IMG/VR virus record: IMGVR_UViG_3300025034_000006
Direction: 5' to 3' (one strand)
Origin: an uncultured virus (IMG/VR IMGVR_UViG_3300025034_000006)
Lineage: Duplodnaviria > Heunggongvirae > Uroviricota > Caudoviricetes
DNA length: 46,062 nt
Below, piece after piece: positions 9,358-15,907 of the stretch. The first letter of the stretch is position 1; every line of letters starts with the position of its first letter. The translations under genes were made by a program, and so were the position numbers. The notes beneath the pieces were generated by a model, which had not been told where the DNA came from, made no database searches, and saw nothing but the letters and a program-made list of their open reading frames with translations.

Positions 9358-9468
9358 GGCGAGGGGCTTAGGTCCCTCACCAAACTTTTTTTTTGTAATT
9401 AGTGGAAAAAGTGCTTGACCGAATCGGTTGGTTCGCCTAGAAACGAATCAACAGCAACGGAGGCAGTC

Positions 9469-9573
9469 ATGCAGATCAACACCTACCACGTTTACATCAA
9501 CAACACCTTTTCCGGGATCATCTCGGCGGTGTCTTACCGGCAAGCGCGCCAGCGCGCTAAGGCCAAGGTTTGA
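9469..9573 (+). CDS. 34-aa peptide MQINTYHVYINNTFSGIISAVSYRQARQRAKAKV
   Basis: Own promoter, GGAGG RBS and terminator; similar to N-terminus of 14031-14303. Confidence 0.75.
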   Translation: MQINTYHVYINNTFSGIISAVSYRQARQRAKAKV

Positions 9574-9735
9574 GGGGAGGGGCTTCGGCCCCTCTTTCTT
9601 TTTGCCCGGTGAAATTTGTTAACCTTAACGAATATGGTTAACAAATTGACGTTTGGGGTTAACTATCAAAGTGGAAAAAGTGCTTGACCGAATCGGTGAC
9701 TCGTGCGAAAACGAATCATCAATCGGAGACAGATC

Positions 9736-9867
9736 ATGCAAAACATCCGCAAGAATCCCATTGCCGCCTCGCTCGCCAGCGCTCACCTCGCCCCTCGCAA
9801 GGTTCGCGCTCGTAAAGGCAAGGGCTCTTTCCGCCGCAACCCCAAGCATCGGGGAGTGGCGGCATGA
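9736..9867 (+). CDS. arfA: ArfA-like (alternative ribosome-rescue factor A) peptide, 43 aa
   Basis: MQNIRKNPIAASLASAHLAPRKVRARKGKGSFRRNPKHRGVAA matches the ArfA pattern N.I.A.L....F..R....KKGKGSY.R..KH; RBS GGAGA; below ORF-track cutoff. Confidence 0.7.
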   Translation: MQNIRKNPIAASLASAHLAPRKVRARKGKGSFRRNPKHRGVAA

Positions 9868-10046
9868 GCCGCGCTCGCAACACCCTCGACTCCCGCTATA
9901 GCGTGCGCCTCGAATGGTGCGGACGTGCGACGCAGCAATGGGTTGCCCGCTTCTGTGGTGATTGGCTCGGATGCGACTCGACCCGCTCGGGCGCTGAGGA
10001 AATCGCCCGTCTGTATGAGCGCGACCGCTGGAGCATGGCAGCATGA
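9864..10046 (+). CDS. Hypothetical protein (60 aa)
   Basis: ATGA overlaps at both ends, GGAG RBS. Confidence 0.75.
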   Translation: MSRARNTLDSRYSVRLEWCGRATQQWVARFCGDWLGCDSTRSGAEEIARLYERDRWSMAA

Positions 10047-10387
10047 GCGACCGCATCCGCCCCGTGACTTTCGACTCGGCCCAGATCGAGCCCTTTGCTG
10101 CTCGCATCATCGGCATAGCCGCTTCGCAATTCTGTCGCCTCAAAGAGCGCGAGAAAGAGACCGGAGAGAAGTCGGACCCCTTCGACATGGAAGATGCTCT
10201 TATGCATCTCTGGTGGGCTCTCAAGGGGCTTGATCACATTGCAATAGCGTTACGCGGCGGCAGGGACTGCGACGACGTGTCAGGCGTTCATTTTTCCATG
10301 GTGATGAATGCGGAACACAGCAGGATTCGCCGCCTCATCATGGAAGAACTTGGAGTCGATCCCGGATCGCATCCGCGCTGGAAATGA
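10043..10387 (+). CDS. Hypothetical protein (114 aa)
   Basis: ATGA overlap; terminator follows. Confidence 0.75.
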   Translation: MSDRIRPVTFDSAQIEPFAARIIGIAASQFCRLKEREKETGEKSDPFDMEDALMHLWWALKGLDHIAIALRGGRDCDDVSGVHFSMVMNAEHSRIRRLIMEELGVDPGSHPRWK

Positions 10388-10594
10388 GGGGCTTCGGCCC
10401 CTCTCTTTTTGCCCGGTAACCCCACGTTAAGGTTAACCGATCGGGCGAAGTTGTTAACCATCAAAGTGAAATTGAAGTGGAAAAAGTTCTTGCACGAATC
10501 AGCGAATCGCCCTAGACCCGAATCACCGGGCGGCACCTACTGACTGGCAGAGCAGCAGCAAGGCTCGCCCGGTAACTCACACAGGAGACAGGCT

Positions 10595-10756
10595 ATGTTC
10601 GAAGTCAAGACCACCCTGCGGACCTACAAGGTCGAAGCCAATCACATCAACGCCGCTTTCATCGCCGCAAACGTGCTGGCAGTGGAAGGCGAAGAAATCC
10701 TTTCCGTGGCCTATGCTGGGCCCGTCACGTTCATCATCGTGGAGATCGCGGCATGA
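10595..10756 (+). CDS. Hypothetical protein (53 aa, MFEVKTTLRTYKVEA...VEIAA)
   Basis: AGGAGA RBS; ATGA coupling to next gene. Confidence 0.7.
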   Translation: MFEVKTTLRTYKVEANHINAAFIAANVLAVEGEEILSVAYAGPVTFIIVEIAA

Positions 10757-10971
10757 TCAGCAAGAAAGATGCCATCGCCAAGGCAATCGCGGCTGGAGCC
10801 TCGGAGGAGGAAATTGATCGCCAAGCCGCAAACTACGTCCGCCAAGTCGGCACCGTGCCTTTCAACAACATGATTCGGGCTCTCAACATCGGCCCTTGGC
10901 ACAACACCGTTGACGACTGGACTCGGCTGGCAGCAGCCCTGACCGCGAGGGGATTGGCGCGAAAGCGCTAA
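10753..10971 (+). CDS. Hypothetical protein (72 aa)
   Basis: GGAGA RBS, coupled start. Confidence 0.75.
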   Translation: MISKKDAIAKAIAAGASEEEIDRQAANYVRQVGTVPFNNMIRALNIGPWHNTVDDWTRLAAALTARGLARKR

Positions 10972-11091
10972 TTCCTTAACGGAATTGATGAATTTGTTAA
11001 GGTTAACGCGAATTAAGAATAAAGTGGAAAAAGTGCTTGACCGAATCAGTTAACCATCCTAGAAACGAATCAACAGCAACGGAGACACACA

Positions 11092-11304
11092 ATGAAGATC
11101 AAGATCAAGACCACCGCTCGCTACACCGCAAAGCGCAAAGCCGCCATCATCGCCGATGTGGACAACGGCACCACCACCCTCGAAGACGTTTGCAGCCTGC
11201 ACAACATCACAAGCGAAGAGTTTGCTGGCTGGCGTAAGTCGCTGGATCGCTCGGGACAGCAGGGGCTTCGGATCACTCGCCTGCAACACTACCGGGCAGC
11301 ATAA
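11092..11304 (+). CDS. sciP: SciP/DUF1153-family CtrA-inhibitor homologue (70 aa)
   Basis: RYTAKRKAAII...G...LEDVC....TSEEFAGWRKSLDRSGQQGLRITRLQHYR aligns without gaps to the SciP core RWVIRRKAEVV...G...L.EAC..Y.LT.EEF.SWQ..IDRHG..GLR.TRIQ.YR (recalled). Confidence 0.88.
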   Translation: MKIKIKTTARYTAKRKAAIIADVDNGTTTLEDVCSLHNITSEEFAGWRKSLDRSGQQGLRITRLQHYRAA

Positions 11305-11454
11305 GGGGAGGGGCTTCGGCCCCTTTTCTTTTGGCCTTAACCCAGTGTTAAGGTTAACAGATCAGCCGAATTAGTTAACCAATTAGCTGGAAAAAGTGCT
11401 TGACCGAATCAGCGAATCACCTTAGACCCGAATCACAAACAACGGAGACAGACC

Positions 11455-11697
11455 ATGCGTTTTCTTTCTGCAACCCTTATGGCCCTCGGCCTTTTAGCTG
11501 GTTATGGTGCTTTCTACATGACAGCGAACATTGACCTAACCCCGCTCGCCCCTGAGGCCCGGACCGTCACCCAGATGCTCTTTAACGCCCTTGCTATGTG
11601 CGGGCTTTGCCTGCCCGCCTTGTCGATGCTAGCGCTGCACGACGACGCAAACTTGCGCCGCCAGTATCCCCACCGCTATCGCAAGAATCGCCGCTAA
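11455..11697 (+). CDS. Small membrane protein (80 aa, two hydrophobic segments)
   Basis: Promoter repeat and RBS; hydrophobic stretches with basic tail. Confidence 0.75.
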   Translation: MRFLSATLMALGLLAGYGAFYMTANIDLTPLAPEARTVTQMLFNALAMCGLCLPALSMLALHDDANLRRQYPHRYRKNRR

Positions 11698-11861
11698 TGG
11701 AAACGCTGGCAGAATATCGCCACAAGCGCGACCGGGCAATCGTTCAACGCCGCATGGGCGAAGAGCGCCGCCGCCACGTCAATCAATGCGTGGCTGACAT
11801 CATCGCACAAGGTAAGATGGAAGAGCGCCGCCAGACCATCCGCCGGGAGGAAGATCAATGA
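11697..11861 (+). CDS. Arg/Glu-rich helical peptide (54 aa, METLAEYRHKRD...)
   Basis: TAATG and ATGA couplings. Confidence 0.65.
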   Translation: METLAEYRHKRDRAIVQRRMGEERRRHVNQCVADIIAQGKMEERRQTIRREEDQ

Positions 11862-12058
11862 CAGACCGCCGATTCGTTATCGTGGAAAACGCCGGATATG
11901 AAGGCGAAAAAGACATCACCCACTTTCTCACCTTGCGGGAGGCATTCGCCTATCAGCGCGGCCATTATGAGCCGGACGAGATCGAAGAATTGCACGTCGA
12001 TATTCGCCAAGACTGGACGGACGAAAACGGCGATTTTCATCAGGAATATGTCTATTAG
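11858..12058 (+). CDS. Acidic hypothetical protein (66 aa)
   Basis: GGAGG RBS, coupled start. Confidence 0.75.
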   Translation: MTDRRFVIVENAGYEGEKDITHFLTLREAFAYQRGHYEPDEIEELHVDIRQDWTDENGDFHQEYVY

Positions 12059-12125
12059 GTGGAAAAAGTGCTTGACCGAATCGATGGACTATGCGAAAAC
12101 GAATCATCGAAACGGAGACAAGCAA

Positions 12126-12320
12126 ATGACCACCATCCTGATCCTCGCAATCGCCTTCCTGATCACCGCCACCGTGGCAATCATCAAGGCCCGCGCCGAA
12201 CTCGCCGCTCACGCCGCCGAACAGGCAAGCAAGCATATCCCCAACCCAACCGAATACACCGGCCCGCGCTTCACCGCACATGGCCGGGAAATCCAACAGA
12301 CCGGACGCCGGATCATCTGA
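12126..12320 (+). CDS. N-terminally membrane-anchored protein (64 aa)
   Basis: GGAGA RBS; MTTILILAIAFLITATVAII; terminator. Confidence 0.75.
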   Translation: MTTILILAIAFLITATVAIIKARAELAAHAAEQASKHIPNPTEYTGPRFTAHGREIQQTGRRII

Positions 12321-12476
12321 GAAAGGGGCGGGAGAAATCCCGCCCTTTTCTTTGTCTGGTAACCGGGTGTTAAGGTTAACAAAACGGTTAAATTCGTTAA
12401 CCATCAAAGTGGAAAAAATGCTTGACCGAATCGGCTGGTATGTTTAGACCCGAATCACTGGAAACGGAGACAGACC

Positions 12477-12674
12477 ATGAGCAATTCCACCGAACAAGCA
12501 ATGGCCGCCGACCTCGACCTTTGCGACATGATCCTTGCATTCGGAACGCCTGCCGCCAAGCGCAAGGCCCGCGCCCACCGCAAGGCTTGTTTCGCAGAAA
12601 TCGCCCGGATGAACGCCGAGTCTGGGACTGACAAGCTGAGCGATGATGAATTACTCGCCGAATTGATGGCCTGA
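12477..12674 (+). CDS. Hypothetical protein (65 aa)
   Basis: Promoter repeat and RBS. Confidence 0.8.
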   Translation: MSNSTEQAMAADLDLCDMILAFGTPAAKRKARAHRKACFAEIARMNAESGTDKLSDDELLAELMA

Positions 12675-12862
12675 CAGGAACCGGCCCCTGACAACAGGGG
12701 CCGGGACCCTAATTCACTGAGAAAAGGGGCCGGGCTCCAAAATCGTAAATTCAGGTTAACCTTAACCGATCGGCCGAAATCGTTAACCATCAAAGTGGAA
12801 AAAGTGCTTGACCGAATCGGCTGGCGCGTTTAGACCCGAATCACTGGAAACGGAGCCAGACC

Positions 12863-13138
12863 ATGGAAAGATTCGAACTGACAGGCTCGGGCATCAGCGA
12901 CGGGCAGAATCCGGAAAAACTGCTTGCCGCCGCGAAAAAGTGCGGCCTTCACAATCCCCGACTCGCCTATCACTTCGGCTGGTCGAATCAGCCGAAAACG
13001 ATTCGTTTCAGCGCTGAAAGCTGGGAAGCTGCCGATAAGGTCGCCGATCTGGTGCGAACCGAATTTTACCCGGAAAATGCCGAGGGCCGTTTGTGCCCGA
13101 TGATTCGGGCCTATCCGGTGAAAGCCCCGGAAGCCTGA
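12863..13138 (+). CDS. Hypothetical protein (91 aa)
   Basis: Promoter repeat, RBS, terminator. Confidence 0.8.
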   Translation: MERFELTGSGISDGQNPEKLLAAAKKCGLHNPRLAYHFGWSNQPKTIRFSAESWEAADKVADLVRTEFYPENAEGRLCPMIRAYPVKAPEA

Positions 13139-13311
13139 TCCCGGAAAAGCCCGATTCGCCGAATCGGGCTTTTTCTTTGGCGGTAATCTCTGGTTAACCT
13201 TAATAAAACGGCGAAATTCGTTAACCCTAAAAATCGGGATTTTCTGGAAAAAGTGCTTGACCGAATCGGCCTTTTCTGGAAAAACCGAATCACCGCAAAC
13301 GGAGAAATGAC

Positions 13312-13467
13312 ATGATCACCATGGAAGCGATTATCGGGGGCCTTATTTCGGGGTTCGCTGTGCGCCTCTATGGTGCAGGACTGGCGCTCTATGTGGGCCT
13401 GTGTGCGAGCGACCTTATCAGCAGCACCCTTGCCAGCGCCACGGCTACCCTAGACACCCTACCCTAA
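13312..13467 (+). CDS. Hydrophobic 51-aa peptide (MITMEAIIGGLISGFAVRLYGAGLALYVGLC...)
   Basis: GGAGA RBS after last promoter repeat. Confidence 0.65.
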   Translation: MITMEAIIGGLISGFAVRLYGAGLALYVGLCASDLISSTLASATATLDTLP

Positions 13468-13536
13468 CCTACTCTGTCCTGCCCGGCCTAGGCTGTGTGC
13501 GCGGCTCTCGGCTGCTATGGATCAAGGTCATTTTAG

Positions 13537-13662
13537 GTATGCGTGCGTGTGCGCGTGCGTGCGTGTGCGCCTGTGCGTGCGCCTGTGCGGGCGCGTGCGC
13601 CTGCGGGTGTGCGCGCCTGCGTGTGTGTGTGCATGTGTGCGCGTGCCTGCCTAGGCGCGCAC
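13537..13662. repeat. Alternating purine-pyrimidine (GT/GC) low-complexity tract
   Basis: Uninterrupted RY alternation at 13537-13570 and 13618-13646. Confidence 0.9.
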
Positions 13663-13665
13663 GAG

Positions 13666-14024
13666 GTGGAAAAACAAACTCACAAACTAATTCATTTTGT
13701 TATTGATTTGGTAACGAATCCCTGCGATAAAGGGACATCGAAAGCGAACGGAGACAAGACCATGTTCAAGATCATTGACACCGCAAACAACAGCGAATGC
13801 CTTGGTAGCTATGAAACCCGCGCTGGGGCAGACTACGGGCTCGGCATGGTAGCTTGTGGACGTGGTAACGACTCGGGCTTGCGTATCGTCAACCAAATGA
13901 CTCATTGCGTAGAAGTGCCCGCCACGTTCTAAGTAGTGGAAAAACAAACTAACAAAATAATTCATTTTGTTATTGATTTGGTAACGAATCCCTGCGATAA
14001 AGGGACATCGAAAGCGAACGGAGA
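13666..14024 (+). promoter_or_regulatory. Two near-identical 89-bp variant promoters (13666-13754, 13936-14024): TTGATT-N17-GATAAA with AT-rich UP-like element and GAATC in spacer
   Basis: -35 at 13703 and 13973; each followed by GGAGA RBS and ATG. Confidence 0.8.
13762..13932 (+). CDS. Hypothetical protein (56 aa, MFKIIDTANNSECLGSYETRAGA...)
   Basis: GGAGACAAGACC-ATG. Confidence 0.75.
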   Translation: MFKIIDTANNSECLGSYETRAGADYGLGMVACGRGNDSGLRIVNQMTHCVEVPATF

Positions 14025-14030
14025 AACAAC

Positions 14031-14303
14031 ATGACCAACCTGATCCCCACCTTCCGCGTTTACAAGAACAAGGTCCTTGTCGGCACCGTGTCGGCAACCA
14101 CCGAACAGCAGGCCCATGCCCGCGCATACGGCAAGTATGGCCGCTGCGAAGTCATGAAGGCTGACATGGAGCGCCGCCTTAGCACTAGCGGCCGTGTGGA
14201 GCGCGCTGACAGCAGCTTCACCCATGGCCGCAGCCCCTACCCCACCCCCGGCTTTGAGGCACGCCGTGCCGCTGAAATCGCCCGCTGGAAAGCGGGCGAA
14301 TAA
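14031..14303 (+). CDS. Basic hypothetical protein (90 aa)
   Basis: GGAGA RBS; last gene of early array. Confidence 0.8.
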   Translation: MTNLIPTFRVYKNKVLVGTVSATTEQQAHARAYGKYGRCEVMKADMERRLSTSGRVERADSSFTHGRSPYPTPGFEARRAAEIARWKAGE

Positions 14304-14896
14304 GCCCACCTTAACAAACGTTAACCTAAACGAAGGGCGAGTCGAGTGATCGACTCGCCCTTCCGATTCGCGTGCGAATCGAATCGATTCGTTCCTTTGC
14401 GAAAAAATTTGACCCCCTAGGGGACCCAAAGGGGTTTACCCCCACCTGAAAAAATCGGCCCTCTTAGCTCCTACATGAATCAAAACAGGTAGACATTCTC
14501 ATATAGCTGTGCTAGTATCCCTGTCCATGGTCAACTAAGATCATGCAGCAAGTGGAGGGGGACCCAACGACCCTCCCATCACGCCCAACTCCCAACAAAA
14601 CCACCCGTATATTATATATTTTTTCATCACGCCCACTAAAGCTTTGATCCCCTCATCACTCCCATCTCGGCAAACCGGCGAACCGGCAAACCGACCAAAA
14701 TGGTGACATGACGATCCGGTAATAGCCGTCGTGATGATATGTATTTTTGCGACCCACCGGGGGACCCAAAGGAGGGGGACCCATCGCCGGGGGACCCCGA
14801 TGGCGATACACCGCCATTATTACGTGACAGTGATGCACCTTAGCTGTGATGCAGTGGTGTCTTCCTGACGGATGCCTATCTTCCCCACCAAAATGA

Positions 14897-15718
14897 TTGG
14901 ACCCAATACCCGTGGCCCACAAGAAGAAGCAGATTTTCTTTCCCACCGATCCTGTTCACGTCGCCGAGAAGGTCGCAGCCAGCCGGCAGCCGCCCAAGCC
15001 GGTCCCAGTCCTGAAAGCGCAGACCCCCGGTCAGAAAGGTTACATCCGCAAGCTTACCCAGAACCACCACGACATTCTTTTCGCCGTCGGCCCGGCCGGC
15101 ACCGGTAAGACCTACGCCGCTGTTCTCGATGCCATCATCAAGTTCCGCCGAGGCGATTGCACCAAGATCATCATCACGCGTCCCATGGTCGGTGCTGGTG
15201 GTGAAGAGCTTGGCACTCTGCCGGGCGGCGTGATGGAGAAGGTGGCACCATGGTGCATCCCGCTCCTCGACATCTTCAAGGAGTTCTATACCAAGTATGA
15301 GGTCGAGCAGATGCTGGACCGCGAGGAGATCGAAATCGCTCCCCTTGCCATCATGCGTGGCCGCACCTTGAAGAACGCGATCGTGATCGCCGACGAAGCC
15401 CAGAACTGCACGATCGAGCAGATGAAGATGCTGATGACGCGTATCGGCTCGGGCTCGCGGATGGTCATCACGGGCGACATCGAACAGCACGACCGACCGC
15501 ACGGCCAGTCGGGTCTCGCCGACGTGATCCGCCGGATCGAGGAAAAGGAAGCACGGACGCGTTTCGAGGCGGCCATTCCCGGATCGATCGTTGCGAGTGA
15601 TGAGGACGAAGAGACGCCCCGGCTGCGTCACAGCCGCATCGGCGTCGTGCGTCTTGGTCGCAAGGACATTGTGCGTCACGAGGTGATCGATGACGTTCTG
15701 AGCCTCTACGAGGAGTAA
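14897..15718 (+). CDS. phoH: PhoH-family ATPase
   Basis: GPAGTGKT, MRGRTLKNAIVIADEAQN, TRIGSGSRMVITGDIEQHD motifs; start codon uncertain. Confidence 0.95.
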   Translation: MDPIPVAHKKKQIFFPTDPVHVAEKVAASRQPPKPVPVLKAQTPGQKGYIRKLTQNHHDILFAVGPAGTGKTYAAVLDAIIKFRRGDCTKIIITRPMVGAGGEELGTLPGGVMEKVAPWCIPLLDIFKEFYTKYEVEQMLDREEIEIAPLAIMRGRTLKNAIVIADEAQNCTIEQMKMLMTRIGSGSRMVITGDIEQHDRPHGQSGLADVIRRIEEKEARTRFEAAIPGSIVASDEDEETPRLRHSRIGVVRLGRKDIVRHEVIDDVLSLYEE

Positions 15719-15907
15719 GAAAAAGGTGGGTGCGGCGGTTCTTGGGGGCGGCCGCACCCACAGACAAAGCCGGCCGGGGGTATGGCGGGCTTCGGACGAT
15801 CGGAATCGGGTAACCGATCTCTTCGTCGGTATCTCAACAATTCCCCTACGTCAAGAACCTTTCCCACACATTAACAATGCCGCCGGCATCCACCTCAAGG
15901 AAATCCC

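Larger units (their letters stand above)
1397..13178 (+). terminator. Family of intrinsic terminators closing most early cassettes (e.g. 1397-1422, 2250-2273, 4097-4120, ~8420-8440, ~9578-9603, ~10387-10410, ~11309-11332)
   Basis: GC hairpins, often GGGGC-TTCG-GCCCC, followed by T tracts just after stop codons. Confidence 0.85.
781..13204. promoter_or_regulatory. Repeated (G/T)TAA-N7-TTAA boxes plus extra TTAAC half-sites (CtrA-like) upstream of early promoters
   Basis: GTAA-N7-TTAA at 781, 1428, 2278, 4126, 4787, 5446, 6642, 7198, 7731, 8868, 10416, 12359, 12745, 13183; perfect TTAA-N7-TTAA at 11337; spacer length fixed, spacer sequence variable; CtrA consensus is TTAA-N7-TTAA. Confidence 0.65.
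21..13300 (+). promoter_or_regulatory. 24 copies of a sigma70-type early promoter repeat GTGGAAAAAGTGC-TTGACC-GAATC-N12-TAGA(A/C)(A/C)-C-GAATCA followed by a GGAGA RBS
   Basis: -35 hexamers at 34, 832, 1491, 2341, 3139, 3798, ~4175 (degenerate), 4837, 5506, 6133, 6708, 7266, 7794, 8717, 8942, 9415, 9684, 10490, 11037, 11400, 12072, 12422, 12808, 13257; 17-bp spacer to TAGAAA/TAGACC in many copies; nearly all directly precede an RBS and ATG. Confidence 0.9.

Noticed and set aside
47..12125. N-terminal extensions in the ORF track (MEKVLDRI..., MCRLETN..., MTESV...)
   Set aside because: These are translations of the promoter repeat; true starts follow the GGAGA RBS
781..13204. Integron attC sites (GTTAAC motifs between cassettes)
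   Set aside because: No proper RYYYAAC...GTTRRRY pairing or attC stem; cassettes carry their own promoters; no integrase in window
1..13300. CRISPR array interpretation of the regular repeats
   Set aside because: Intervening segments are 0.2-0.9 kb genes with RBSs, repeats are promoter-like, and no cas genes are visible
13312..13467. Flp pilin mimic
   Set aside because: Hydrophobic helix only; lacks the G/xxxxEY prepilin motif
13401..13760. Cys/Ala/Arg/Val-rich ORFs (CACACAC..., RVRVRAC...)
   Set aside because: Translation of the GT/GC tract; the real gene starts at 13762
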